Counted from the first letter of the stretch, positions 16,682 to 26,992 are shown. The stretch is 64,000 nt of DNA from Treponema sp. (GCF_024400915.1 NZ_JAKSLX010000014.1); one strand, 5' to 3'. Numbers and translations are program-made. Notes: generated by a model from the letters alone, not told the origin.

Positions 16682-18550
16682 ATGAGTTTGTTCGGATTGT
16701 TCATGGTGTTCTTTGGAATTTCCACGATTGTCGGTGTTCCAATTTTATCTTCTTTTCAGGTTACACAGATCAAAGGTTCTACTTGGGGAGATTGGGTTTC
16801 TAGTCTGGCTGCGTCTCTTGGACCTGCTGCTGGTGTTTTTATTGTTGTATGCATCATCATTTATTTCTGGATGAAGCCTTTGACTCAGCTGTTGAAGGAT
16901 GCTGAAACAAGGGAGCTTACTCCGGCTGAAAAAATGAAAGCTCAGAAAATCATGACCAGAACAAATGTCTTGACTGTAATCAGTATACTTCTTGGATATC
17001 CTGTTGGAAACGGTACGACAATCATCATCAAGACCATGGCAGGTAAGGTTAATTACAACAAGACTGACCTTATAGTGATTATGATTTTGATTTTCCTTTA
17101 TGGATTTACTGCAATCCAGTATTCCGTGAATTGTTTCAATTCCATGGCCAGAAAGCAGCTTGCCAAATTGAAGATTACAAGCACAGAAGGCATAAGGACC
17201 ACCCATTTTACCATTTCACTTGGTTTGACAATCGCAGATGTTGTTTTCCTTATGGGTTGGCATTTGTTCTGTTCCGGATATTCAGCTGTGAGAAATGAAT
17301 GGGAGATGGAATTGTTTATCAGAAAGGCTTTGTTCTCGTTGGGAGAATGTGTCTTTATTGCAACTCCTTTGGTATATCTGCTTTTGAGTCAGTTGAGAAA
17401 ACGTTTCTATGAAACAATCCGACAGATTGAGATGCTTAGAAAAGGAGGTGACCTTGTTTCTCGTCTCAGCATCGGAACATTTGATGACTTTGGTGTTGTT
17501 ATGACAGAAATGAATAAGCTCATGGATTTCCTCCGTGATGCCCTTTCTCATCTCAGGGTTGAAAATTCAAATGTAGGACAAGGTGCTGATGATCTGTATA
17601 TGGTTTCCGAAGCATCTTCTGCTGGTGTTGAACAGATTATTTCATCTTTTGGAAGGGTTCATTCAGAAAATGAACAGCAGGACAAGCTCCTCAACAATGC
17701 AAGGGTTAGTATTGAAAAGCTTAATGAAGACGCTATTTCTGCAAGCAACACAATGGAAGAACAGGCCCGTGATGAAGAGATGAACGCCGCTTCAATCACA
17801 GAAATGGTAAGAAATATCCAGTCCATTTCTGAATTGATTTCAAGAGCACAGATCCTTTCCACAGAACTTTCCCAGTCTTCTGTTGCCGGTACGGAAGAGG
17901 TTGAAAAGACTCAGGCTGTCATTGATAAGATCGAGGAAAAATCAAAGAAGATGATCGAGGTCATAAATGTTATCCAGAAGGTTGCCACACAGACTAATCT
18001 TCTTGCCATGAATGCCGCAATCGAAGCAGCTCATGCCGGCGCCGCAGGTAAAGGTTTCTCAGTCGTTGCAGATGAAATTCGAAAGCTTGCGGTGAACACA
18101 CAGAACCAGGCAAAGAACATCAGCGATCTTATTACAGAAATCACTGAATCCATAGATATCGGATCCATCACAATGAAAGGCACAAAGAATCTGTTCTACA
18201 AGATTCAGGATGGCATTACGGAGCAGAATGAGGTTGTAAAGAAAATCAACGATACAATGGATACACAGTCTGCAAGTGCAAATATAGTTCTTGCAAAAGT
18301 TAATCAGATTTCAAGACAGATCCTTGATGTAAATCAGATCATCAAGAATCAGGCAAACTACACAAATGAAATCAAGTATGGAATCGAAGAGATCGTAAAC
18401 CTTTCTGATAATGTAAATACAGCGATTGATGAGTCGGAAAATGTTATCCGCGTATTTGCAGGCTCAATCGAGACCGTTAAAGAGAAGGCAGAGGAAAACA
18501 GAAGTTCCGTTGAATCAATCACAAAGGAACTTAACAAGTTTACACTGTAG
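16682..18550 (+). CDS. methyl-accepting chemotaxis protein
   Basis: Signalling-domain core [33 protein letters not shown], with N-terminal TM segments and a HAMP-like linker. Confidence 0.9.
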   Translation: MSLFGLFMVFFGISTIVGVPILSSFQVTQIKGSTWGDWVSSLAASLGPAAGVFIVVCIIIYFWMKPLTQLLKDAETRELTPAEKMKAQKIMTRTNVLTVISILLGYPVGNGTTIIIKTMAGKVNYNKTDLIVIMILIFLYGFTAIQYSVNCFNSMARKQLAKLKITSTEGIRTTHFTISLGLTIADVVFLMGWHLFCSGYSAVRNEWEMELFIRKALFSLGECVFIATPLVYLLLSQLRKRFYETIRQIEMLRKGGDLVSRLSIGTFDDFGVVMTEMNKLMDFLRDALSHLRVENSNVGQGADDLYMVSEASSAGVEQIISSFGRVHSENEQQDKLLNNARVSIEKLNEDAISASNTMEEQARDEEMNAASITEMVRNIQSISELISRAQILSTELSQSSVAGTEEVEKTQAVIDKIEEKSKKMIEVINVIQKVATQTNLLAMNAAIEAAHAGAAGKGFSVVADEIRKLAVNTQNQAKNISDLITEITESIDIGSITMKGTKNLFYKIQDGITEQNEVVKKINDTMDTQSASANIVLAKVNQISRQILDVNQIIKNQANYTNEIKYGIEEIVNLSDNVNTAIDESENVIRVFAGSIETVKEKAEENRSSVESITKELNKFTL

Positions 18551-18573
18551 TTCAGATAACGGATAAAAATGAA

Positions 18574-18611
18574 AACGCCATCGAAACAGTTTGAGTTGCT
18601 TCGATGGCGTT
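18574..18611. terminator. 12-bp hairpin, probably the terminator of the minus-strand gene
   Basis: Stem AACGCCATCGAA/TTCGATGGCGTT. A T-rich tract follows on the minus strand only. Confidence 0.6.
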
Positions 18612-18630
18612 TCTGTCTATGGTATATAAG

Positions 18631-18655
18631 CTCCTCGGAAACGGGGAGTTTTTTT
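18631..18655 (+). terminator. Rho-independent terminator of the MCP gene
   Basis: CTCCTC-GGAAAC-GGGGAG hairpin followed by TTTTTTT. Confidence 0.65.
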
Positions 18656-18682
18656 AGTTGTGCTTTCCTGATTCATCGGAAA

Positions 18683-19609
18683 CTATTCCTTCTTTTTCTT
18701 AAGGATCTTGATAAGTTTAACAATCAATCCTACACGACCAAAAAGCAGCCAGAAGAAGAATGCAAGAACTGCAAGCAAAGGAACTCCAAAGACGATGAAA
18801 TAGAAGATTCCCATCAGCAATGAAGCCATGAAATTTACAAAATCGCTGCCGAATTTTCTGAAGTTTTCTCCTAAGTCTGGCCATTCAAAACCGCTGTCAT
18901 TGAAGCCTGTAGGAAGCTCGATGCCGATATAGATTGTTGAATAGTCAACCTGATTTGAAAGTCGTTTAAGTCTTCCTTCCATAACTTCGATTTCTGAGAT
19001 CACATTGTTCAGCTGGCGTTCAATCTCGAGAAGATCCTTTATGTCCTTTGCCTGGGAAAGATATGATTCAAGTTTGTCCCGCATGATTTTCTTTGTGTCC
19101 AGACGGGTCTTCAAGTCATAGAAATCTTCTGTGACATCCTGGCTGTTTACCGAGCGATACTTTATTTTTCCAAGCTCACCTGCGGCGGTCATGGCTTCCT
19201 CAAATTTTGATGAAGGAATCTTTACTGTCGCATGGTAGGAATATTCATAGGTCGATGAGTCTGTGATATAACCGCCAAAACTCTTCGCAAATTCTGTGAT
19301 GAGATTTTCTGAATTTGAAAGGGTGTCGCTTTCAAGTGTGATGTTTCCGGTCTTGATCAGCTTTCTTTCGACGTTGATGTTGTTGTTTCCATAGGCGGCT
19401 GATTCTTCCACATAGGATTCCATTTCCATTGCATCCGCCATAACGAAACTTGAATTTACGGTGTTCGCGGTTTTCATTTTGGCCATTCTTGGAGCTTCAA
19501 CCTGTTTTGTAAGAACTCCGTTGTCAGCGTATTTTTTATTGCCACAACCAGCCAATCCAAAAAGGATCAATCCTGTTAATGCCATGATAGTGATTTTTCT
19601 TGCTTTCAT
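18683..19609 (-). CDS. DUF4349 domain lipoprotein
   Basis: Lipobox LAGC. The central region matches the DUF4349 pattern (GGYITDS, VKIPSSKFEEAM, QDVTEDFYDLKTRL), followed by a coiled coil and C-terminal TM segments. Confidence 0.8.
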   Translation of the reverse strand: MKARKITIMALTGLILFGLAGCGNKKYADNGVLTKQVEAPRMAKMKTANTVNSSFVMADAMEMESYVEESAAYGNNNINVERKLIKTGNITLESDTLSNSENLITEFAKSFGGYITDSSTYEYSYHATVKIPSSKFEEAMTAAGELGKIKYRSVNSQDVTEDFYDLKTRLDTKKIMRDKLESYLSQAKDIKDLLEIERQLNNVISEIEVMEGRLKRLSNQVDYSTIYIGIELPTGFNDSGFEWPDLGENFRKFGSDFVNFMASLLMGIFYFIVFGVPLLAVLAFFFWLLFGRVGLIVKLIKILKKKKE

Positions 19610-19743
19610 ATAAACCTCACGAAATATATATCTTATAAAACAATTGTGGCTCTAATGTAACAAAAAATATTTTGGAAATCATTAGAGTTTTCTAAACTGG
19701 TTCTAATGTTTGCATAAAATTCGTAACGTAGTAAAATGGAACC

Positions 19744-21906
19744 ATGACTTTTAAACCTTGCATCAACGCTAAAAACCTAAAAAATGATATTCTTTCCGGA
19801 ATCATTGTTGCATTTGTCTCAATTCCTATCGCAATGGGATATGCCCAGATCTCCGGACTTCCTGCGGTATATGGACTTTACGGTTCCCTGTTTCCTGTTT
19901 TGATTTATGGATTGCTTGCTTCCTCGCCTCAGTTTGTTGTTGGTGTGGATGCCATGCCTGCCGCTATGATCGGTTCGTCCCTTGCAACCCTTGGGATTGT
20001 TTCCGGTACTGATGCCGCTTTGCAGATTGTTCCTTCCATTTCTTTGATGGTCGGTGTGTGGTTTGTGGTTTTCCGAATTCTGAAGGCGGGAAGGGTAGTA
20101 AAATACATCTCAAATCCAGTGATGGGAGGATTTATTTCCGGTGTTGGATTTACGATCATTCTGATGCAGGTTCCAAAGCTTTTTGGAGGAAATCCTTCGA
20201 CTGGCGAAGTGGTGCAGCTTGTGGCAAACATCATCAGGGAAATTCCGAATTTCAATCTTCTTTCGTTTCTGCTTGGACTTGGAACAGTTGTGGTTATCCT
20301 TGTTTCTAAGAAATTCCTGCCAAAATTTCCAATGTCCATTGTTATGCTTGGTGTAGGGATGGTTCTGACTGCTGTGTTTAAGATAGATCAGTATGGAGTT
20401 AAATTGCTTTCTGCCGTGGAAGGCGGATTCCCACATTTCTATGTTCCTGATGTGCTGCTTCTCGGAAACCATTTTCTTGACTATTTTATTTTGAGCCTGA
20501 CCATTTCCCTTGTTATAATGGCTCAGACCTTGCTGGCCTCAAACAGCTATGCTTCCAAATACGATTATGAGATCAACAACGATCAGGAGCTGGTTGCCTA
20601 TGCCGCAATGAACATTACGGCCGGACTTACCGGAAGCTGTCCAATCAACGGCAGTGTTTCACGATCGGCCATCGCAGACCAGTTTTCCTGCAAGAGCCAG
20701 GTGATGTCCATTACTGCTTTTATGACAATGCTGATTGTGACCCTTTTCTGCACAAGATTCTTTGTGTATCTTCCTGTACCGATTCTGACCGGGATTGTCA
20801 TGGGCGCTCTTATCGGAATTCTGGACATTAAGCAGGCCAAGCGACTGTGGAAATGCAACAAGCCTGAATTCCTGATTTTTGCCATGGCATTTCTTGGTGT
20901 CCTGTTTTTTGGAACAATTTACGGAGTGATGATCGGCGTGATTCTTTCCTTCATGTCGGTGGTGAAAAAGGCTGTTGTTCCTCCACGGGCATTTCTTGGA
21001 AAAATTCCAGGCCATCATGGCTATTATGATCTGAAGAGGAATAAGAGTTCCCGTCCGATCCAGAATACGGTGCTCTATCGTTTTGGCGGAAACCTGTTCT
21101 TTGCCAACATTGGCACTTTTGTGAATGATATTGAGGAAGCCGTTGCCGAAGACACAAAATTCGTGATTGTTGATGCAAGCGGCGTTGGAAACGTTGATAT
21201 AACTGCGGTGGATAAGCTGATTGCCTTGTATGAGAAACTGTCGAAAAAGGGAATTCAGTTCTATCTTGCGGAACAGCAGGGACATGTGAACGATCTGATT
21301 CGTCAGTATGGTGGTGACAGGCTGATTGAGGAAGGTAAGGTTAGAAGGACATTGTCTCTGGCATTGCGAGCCTGTGGATTTGAGAAACCATATCCTCTTG
21401 AAGGACTGACTGAGGGAACCAACTACAGCTATGTGGAATCCAGCGAGAAGCTTGCCGAATTCGAGTGGGCATTTGGAAAGGACGCCGAAGCAAAAATGGA
21501 ACAGCTGGCAAACGAAATTGTGGAAAACATTTCTTCTTATGCGGCCAGCACCGATGCAGCCCAGATTGAAAAAATCGATCTTGCGGAAGTTGAGGAGAAA
21601 ATCAGCTGGGGAAAAATCGGACTTTTCGACGAGGAGGAACTTCTCGAGCATCTTGAGATCAAGCTTGAGCAGCTGGTTTCTAATGGAAAGCTTTCCATGG
21701 AACAGCTTAAGGCACTGGAGAAGCTTATTGAGCACAGAAAAGAGGTTGTCGAGGAAAAAGTCAATCTTCTTAATCCAAAGGCGATCGAGCTCCTTCACAG
21801 GCGAATGGAAATTGTTGAAAGCCATCTGAAAAAAATAAGTCCAAAGGAATTTGAGCACATTAAGGCATTCAAGGAAAATCTGCGTCAGAAAATCAGGAAG
21901 AACTGA
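19744..21906 (+). CDS. SulP family anion transporter with a STAS domain and a ~170-aa coiled-coil C-terminal extension
   Basis: SulP membrane core, then a STAS-like region (VLYRFGGNLFFANI, VIVDASGVGNVDITA). The extension from about 21406 is rich in E/K/L. Confidence 0.9.
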   Translation: MTFKPCINAKNLKNDILSGIIVAFVSIPIAMGYAQISGLPAVYGLYGSLFPVLIYGLLASSPQFVVGVDAMPAAMIGSSLATLGIVSGTDAALQIVPSISLMVGVWFVVFRILKAGRVVKYISNPVMGGFISGVGFTIILMQVPKLFGGNPSTGEVVQLVANIIREIPNFNLLSFLLGLGTVVVILVSKKFLPKFPMSIVMLGVGMVLTAVFKIDQYGVKLLSAVEGGFPHFYVPDVLLLGNHFLDYFILSLTISLVIMAQTLLASNSYASKYDYEINNDQELVAYAAMNITAGLTGSCPINGSVSRSAIADQFSCKSQVMSITAFMTMLIVTLFCTRFFVYLPVPILTGIVMGALIGILDIKQAKRLWKCNKPEFLIFAMAFLGVLFFGTIYGVMIGVILSFMSVVKKAVVPPRAFLGKIPGHHGYYDLKRNKSSRPIQNTVLYRFGGNLFFANIGTFVNDIEEAVAEDTKFVIVDASGVGNVDITAVDKLIALYEKLSKKGIQFYLAEQQGHVNDLIRQYGGDRLIEEGKVRRTLSLALRACGFEKPYPLEGLTEGTNYSYVESSEKLAEFEWAFGKDAEAKMEQLANEIVENISSYAASTDAAQIEKIDLAEVEEKISWGKIGLFDEEELLEHLEIKLEQLVSNGKLSMEQLKALEKLIEHRKEVVEEKVNLLNPKAIELLHRRMEIVESHLKKISPKEFEHIKAFKENLRQKIRKN

Positions 21907-21909
21907 TGG

Positions 21910-22151
21910 TGGATGATGGTAGTCGCTGTCGGTGGATATTCGTAGTCATATTGAGTGGACTTCAGTAGTTGTGGACATTGGTAGTTGATTGATTCAGGTT
22001 GCGAAGGCGTGGAAGGGTGCGGAGCAGTAAAACGAAGGTTTTACCGAGGGTAACCGAGCCCTGGAAGGCCGTTTTGTGGAAGGAAGTCCGCCCGATGTTG
22101 AATCAGAATGAAGTGGATGTGAGTAGTCATTCGGGTGGATGTTGGTAGTTG
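21910..22151 (+). repeat. second iteron cluster (6 direct copies) flanking module copy B
   Basis: Copies at 21910, 21933, 21956, 21972, 22114 and 22136, all fitting TGGAnnTnnGTAGTyr, spaced 16-23 bp. Confidence 0.85.
21988..22112. repeat. G-rich conserved module, copy B
   Basis: 21988-22092 aligns without gaps to 12356-12460 with 6 mismatches. Hairpin GTAAAAC-GAAG-GTTTTAC at 22027-22044. Confidence 0.6.
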
Positions 22152-22226
22152 TGGAAAATCGATTTGTTCAATTCTAGGAAATCTCACTTATATTAAATTT
22201 CTGTCAGACTTTCTATAATCGTTTCT

Positions 22227-23309
22227 ATGAGTGATATTTTATTTGAAAAATTCAAGAATGATTTTCGTGTTGGCGCTGCCTTGAACGGTTTTATCTATGA
22301 TGACCAGGCTGTCGCTAAATTTGAGAAAAGGATTGGAAAGAAACTTCCGTTTGATGTGAAGGACATTAAGGATGGCGAGATTGTAAAGAACCATTTTAAC
22401 CTTATTGTGGCTGAAAACGACACAAAGATGGAACGTATTTATAAGGCGGAGAATACTTTTGATTTTGAGACCGCCGACAAATTTGTGAAATGGGGAAAGG
22501 AAAACAATAAGGATATCCGCTGGCATACCCTTGTCTGGCATAATCAGTCTCCAAAATGGATCTTTGAGGATGGAAACGGCGGAAAAGCCACAAAGGAGCA
22601 GCTGGAGAAACGTACCCGTGACTACATCTATGCTGTTGGCCAGCGTTACGCAAATGACATCTGTTCTGTTGATGTCGTGAACGAATGCATTTCCGACAAG
22701 AAATTCGCATTGAGGACTCCTGAGGACCGTTCCCAGTGGCTTGATATTATGGGTCCGGATTATGTCGACAAGGCCTTCTATTGGGCCAAGGAAGCATTTC
22801 CAAAATCAAATCTGGTCATAAATGACTACAACCTTGAAATGATTCCTGGCAAGCGGAATGGAATGTATGAATTTGTCAAGGGAATGCTTTCCCGCGGGGT
22901 TCCTGTGGATACTGTTGGGCTCCAGATGCACATCAACATGGCTTATCCTCCTGTAAGCATGATTGAAGAGACGATTGAACTGTATGGAAGTCTTGGATTG
23001 AATGTGATTGTCACAGAGATGGATGTTTCTGTTTACTATGATTTTAAGGACGGAAAGGAAGAATTTGAGCAGCGCAAGGAATTCACTGCGGAATTGATGG
23101 AGAAGCAGGCTGCCCGTTATGCTGAGCTTTTCCAGTGCTTCAGAAAGGAAGCCCAGAAAGGAATCCTCAAGGATGTTGTGCTTTGGGGTATTACAGATGC
23201 TTTCAGCTGGAAGAATCACTTTCCTGTTCCTGGCAGAATGGACGCACCTCTCCTGTTTGGTGTGAAAGGTGAGCCAAAGCCTGCATTTGAAAGCGTCATG
23301 AAAATCTAG
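22227..23309 (+). CDS. endo-1,4-beta-xylanase, GH10
   Basis: GH10 motifs WHTLVWHNQSPKW, VDVVNE, INDYN and VTEMDV. No signal peptide. Confidence 0.9.
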   Translation: MSDILFEKFKNDFRVGAALNGFIYDDQAVAKFEKRIGKKLPFDVKDIKDGEIVKNHFNLIVAENDTKMERIYKAENTFDFETADKFVKWGKENNKDIRWHTLVWHNQSPKWIFEDGNGGKATKEQLEKRTRDYIYAVGQRYANDICSVDVVNECISDKKFALRTPEDRSQWLDIMGPDYVDKAFYWAKEAFPKSNLVINDYNLEMIPGKRNGMYEFVKGMLSRGVPVDTVGLQMHINMAYPPVSMIEETIELYGSLGLNVIVTEMDVSVYYDFKDGKEEFEQRKEFTAELMEKQAARYAELFQCFRKEAQKGILKDVVLWGITDAFSWKNHFPVPGRMDAPLLFGVKGEPKPAFESVMKI

Positions 23310-24265
23310 AAAGGTTGAATCTTCAGCATGGTGATTGCCTGCTGGAGCAATGGACTTGAGTAGTCGTAGATTGAGGAATCTTCGTACCCGCGGAAACTTC
23401 CTTCCAGCATCATTGAAAGATAAAGGATGATGTCGTACCAGAGGAGTCTGCGGGTTTCTTTATAATTGAACTGGCTCTGCCCGTATCCGTCAAAGAAGGA
23501 AAGTGTGTATTTCTGGAGACGGAAACGGTCTTCCATGAGGGGATCGCCGAACAATGCCCGTTCCAGGTCGATGATTCCTGTAATTTCGTCGTTCTGAATG
23601 AAAATGTTTCCTTCCCATAGATCATAGTGGACAAGCGATGGTGTTACATTGCAGTCGAAGCATCTTCTGTCTTTCTCGAGAAGCTCGAAAAGTTCTTCCT
23701 TTGAGATGAAGAAATCCATTTTCTTTGATTCCGCGTCAGAAACCACATTGCCGAGAAGGAATGATGTGAAATCGAACAGGGTCTCGAAAGTCTCGGAGCC
23801 ACCCAGGGTTTTGTATACTGGATTCTGGATTTCCGCGATTTCCTTTACCAGCTTTCCAATCTTATAGTCGATTTTTTCTTTTGTCTCTTTTGGGAGTGTG
23901 TCTTTTATGTCGGAATATCTCTGGCCTTCGAGAAATTCCATGAAGAAGTATTTGCCGGAACAGATTTTCCGGCTGCCGTCAAAATAGTATACTTCTGGAA
24001 CTTTGACGGTCAGCTTGTCCTTGAGGAGTGAAAGTGCGGAAACCTCAGCCTCCATCATCTCAACTTCGTTTTTCATAAGACAGGATCTGTCGTCTGTTTC
24101 AATTTTCAGAATCGACTGGAAATCATCCGAAAAAGTGATTTTATAGATGGCATTGAAAAATCCGCTGTCGATTTCTTTGCATTCAACGAATTCTCTTTCT
24201 GGAAAAGCCTGTTTTGCCATTTCCATGATTGTCTCGATAGGCTGTCTGTTCTTAGAGTGTCCCAT
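23306..24265 (-). CDS. phosphotransferase (APH/choline-kinase-like) family protein
   Basis: Catalytic loop LVHYDLWEGNIF and metal-binding IDLERA. Its stop overlaps the xylanase stop by 4 nt. Confidence 0.75.
   Translation of the reverse strand: MGHSKNRQPIETIMEMAKQAFPEREFVECKEIDSGFFNAIYKITFSDDFQSILKIETDDRSCLMKNEVEMMEAEVSALSLLKDKLTVKVPEVYYFDGSRKICSGKYFFMEFLEGQRYSDIKDTLPKETKEKIDYKIGKLVKEIAEIQNPVYKTLGGSETFETLFDFTSFLLGNVVSDAESKKMDFFISKEELFELLEKDRRCFDCNVTPSLVHYDLWEGNIFIQNDEITGIIDLERALFGDPLMEDRFRLQKYTLSFFDGYGQSQFNYKETRRLLWYDIILYLSMMLEGSFRGYEDSSIYDYSSPLLQQAITMLKIQPF
23351..23366 (+). repeat. iteron-like 16-mer TGGACTTGAGTAGTCG inside the kinase CDS
   Basis: The 14-mer is identical to the origin copy at 12581. 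It is read on the minus strand as D-Y-S-S-P. Confidence 0.55.
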
Positions 24266-24551
24266 TTTTCACCTGTGTCCTGTTTAAGCTATAAAACATA
24301 ATGACTTTTCGTAAAACACAAATTTTTAAATCTGAAGATATAACACAATGTTATAAATGCACTATATTTAGATTCTACATTATTTAATGTAGTTATGCAA
24401 AACCTGTGATCTGCAATATCTTCAACTCCTTCCTAATTATTGCATGGATTTCAAAGGATTTCCAATGGTTTCATTGTATTTCTATTGTAATTAATAGTAA
24501 AAATAATATAATTGTTTCTCATCAACATTCATATAAAAAGAGGCCTGTAAA

Positions 24552-25844
24552 ATGAGTTCGCTTCAAAATACAGAAGTTATTCTTCAAATTTTACTTTCTG
24601 TTGGACTTATTGTAATTGTCGCAAAATACTTTGGTATTCTTGCAAGAAAGATTGGCATTCCAGAGGTTGCTGGAATGATCGTTGCTGGTCTTTTACTTCG
24701 TTTTATTCCATGGTTCCATAATTACGGCGGAACTGATTCGAACATCATCTACAACGAAGCAAATCAGTTTATTTCCTACATGTCAGAGATTGGGGTTATC
24801 CTTATCATGTTCTCAGCGGGATTGAGCACCAATCTTAAGTCTTTGATAAAATCTGGTGTGAAGTCTACTGTTATCGCAGCTTTTGGTGTTTTGGTTCCTT
24901 TGATCATGGGAACAATCATGGCCTGCTGTTTCTGGGGCTTCCATTCTTTTGGTTCCTTGGAATTCTTTAAATGCGTGTTCATCGGAACAATCCTCACTGC
25001 GACTTCTGTAAGCATCTCAGTTGCCGTTTTGAAGGAATTTGGAAAGATCAAGACGGATGTTGGCCAGACCATCATCAGTTCTGCGATTATCGATGATGTT
25101 TTTGGCATTATCGTCCTTACAATTGTTCTTGGTGTTTCTTCCGGAAAAGGCGGATACCTTGGAATCATCCTTAAGACAATTCTTTTCTTTGTCTGCGCTC
25201 TTGTTGTTGGATTCATTGTTTACAAGCTCTTTAAATGGTATGACAGACGCCATCCAAGATCCCACAGAATTCCAATCTATGCTTTGGGTGTTGCCTTGAT
25301 TTTTGCATACTGCGCAGAAAAATTCTTTGGAATTGCAGACATCACAGGTGCCTATATTGCGGGTATTGTTCTCTGCAATCTTCACGATGCTTCATATCTT
25401 GAATCAAAGATTGACATCAACTCATACATGTTCTTCAGCCCAGTGTTCTTTGCCGGCATCGGTCTCAAGACTGACCTTTCTGGAATGTCGATCGATCTTC
25501 TGTGGTTTGCGATCGCATTCGTGATCATCGGCTGTATCTCAAAGATTATCGGTTGTGGTGGAATATCTAAAGCTTTAGGTTTTTCTTGGAAGGAAAGCTA
25601 CCAGATTGGTCTTGGTATGATGGTTCGTGGTGAGGTTGCGTTGATCGTGGCTACAAAAGGACTTTCTACAGGGCTCATTGACCCAAAATATTTTACGGCA
25701 GTTATACTTCTCATTATTGTTTCTTCCATGCTGGTTCCTATTTTGCTTAAGCGTGCGTTTATGGGAAAAAATAAGCCGTCGGAAATTGGACCTCAGCCAG
25801 TTGTTGAATCGGCTCCTGCAGGAACAAATTCTACAGAAAACTAA
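24552..25844 (+). CDS. cation:proton antiporter (CPA2-like)
   Basis: About 12 TM segments with a Na+/H+ exchanger family pattern (EVAGMIVAGLLL, FSAGLS). Confidence 0.85.
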   Translation: MSSLQNTEVILQILLSVGLIVIVAKYFGILARKIGIPEVAGMIVAGLLLRFIPWFHNYGGTDSNIIYNEANQFISYMSEIGVILIMFSAGLSTNLKSLIKSGVKSTVIAAFGVLVPLIMGTIMACCFWGFHSFGSLEFFKCVFIGTILTATSVSISVAVLKEFGKIKTDVGQTIISSAIIDDVFGIIVLTIVLGVSSGKGGYLGIILKTILFFVCALVVGFIVYKLFKWYDRRHPRSHRIPIYALGVALIFAYCAEKFFGIADITGAYIAGIVLCNLHDASYLESKIDINSYMFFSPVFFAGIGLKTDLSGMSIDLLWFAIAFVIIGCISKIIGCGGISKALGFSWKESYQIGLGMMVRGEVALIVATKGLSTGLIDPKYFTAVILLIIVSSMLVPILLKRAFMGKNKPSEIGPQPVVESAPAGTNSTEN

Positions 25845-25909
25845 ATTTTTTCGTCATATAGTCAGAAGTCAATAAAGTTTTGTTTTAAAACTATAGAATT
25901 TTCGCTTAT

Positions 25910-25945
25910 AATAGAATTGCAGATTTCTGCGATTCTATTTTTTTT
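25910..25945 (+). terminator. Rho-independent terminator
   Basis: Stem AATAGAATTGCAGA/TCTGCGATTCTATT followed by a T-run. Confidence 0.75.
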
Positions 25946-25972
25946 AACTGACTATATTTGAAAAGGTAAGAA

Positions 25973-26962
25973 ATGAAAGTCTTTTTTTATTGCATGCGTG
26001 ATTTTGATGAGGTGCCGCTGGCTGAAAAAATCAACAGGGAATTCAATTTTGAATATGACTGGACGCCTGAATATCCATCTCCCGCAAATTATGAAAAGGC
26101 TAAGGGTTATGACGCGATCAGCATCACGCCTTGCGATATGAGCGCTCCTGTTCTGGATGCTTTTCATGCGCTGGGAATTAAATATATTGTCACCCGTTCT
26201 GTTGGATTTGACCACTTTGATCTGAAGCATGCCGCTGAGCTTGGAATTCGCATCGGGATTGCAACCTATCCTCCACAGGGAGTCGCCAACTACGCGATCA
26301 TGATGATGATGGCATGCGCAAGGAAGCTTCCTCATCTTATTAAACGTTCGGAAGTCCAGGATTATACGCTGAAAGGAAAAATTGGTCTTGATATTTCATA
26401 TTCAACAGTGGGAATTATCGGGACTGGAAAGATAGGTTCTACTGTGATAAAGCATCTTTCTACTTTTGGCTGCCGGCTTCTGTGCTGTGATCCTTACAGG
26501 AATCCGGAAGTTGAGGCTTTGGCTGAATACGTGGATTTTGATACATTGTGCCGTGAGTCGGATATCATCTCTCTTCATACAAATGCGACTGAAGAGAATC
26601 ATCATCTGTTGAACAAAGCCGCTTTTGATAAGATGAAGGATGGCGTGATAGTTGTTAATACATCACGAGGAAAGCTGATCGATGCCGACGATTTGATCGA
26701 TGCAATTGAAAGCGGAAAGGTCGGTGCCGCAAGTCTTGATGTCCTTGAGGATGAGGCAAACCTTTATTACATCAACAGGACGGGAGATCCAATCAAGAAT
26801 CGTCAGATGGCAATCCTGAGGTCTTTCCCAAATGTTCTCCTGACTCCACACACAGCCTTCTATACCGTTCAGGCAGTGGAAAATATGGTTGGCAGCAATT
26901 TCAAGGCGTTGAAGGCATTTGAGGACGGCGCAGAGACTCCGTTTGAGGTAAAGGCAAAATAA
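25973..26962 (+). CDS. ldhA: D-isomer-specific 2-hydroxyacid dehydrogenase (D-lactate dehydrogenase-like)
   Basis: NAD-binding motif VGIIGTGKIGS and the catalytic region LTPHTAFYT. 329 aa. Confidence 0.8.
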   Translation: MKVFFYCMRDFDEVPLAEKINREFNFEYDWTPEYPSPANYEKAKGYDAISITPCDMSAPVLDAFHALGIKYIVTRSVGFDHFDLKHAAELGIRIGIATYPPQGVANYAIMMMMACARKLPHLIKRSEVQDYTLKGKIGLDISYSTVGIIGTGKIGSTVIKHLSTFGCRLLCCDPYRNPEVEALAEYVDFDTLCRESDIISLHTNATEENHHLLNKAAFDKMKDGVIVVNTSRGKLIDADDLIDAIESGKVGAASLDVLEDEANLYYINRTGDPIKNRQMAILRSFPNVLLTPHTAFYTVQAVENMVGSNFKALKAFEDGAETPFEVKAK

Positions 26963-26992
26963 TCTTGTTTTGGGTGAAGTGAGGGAAAATAT

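Noticed and set aside
20659-21858. 399-aa ORF antisense to the SulP transporter gene
   Set aside because: The plus-strand product has a full SulP/STAS pattern. The antisense product has no recognisable motif.
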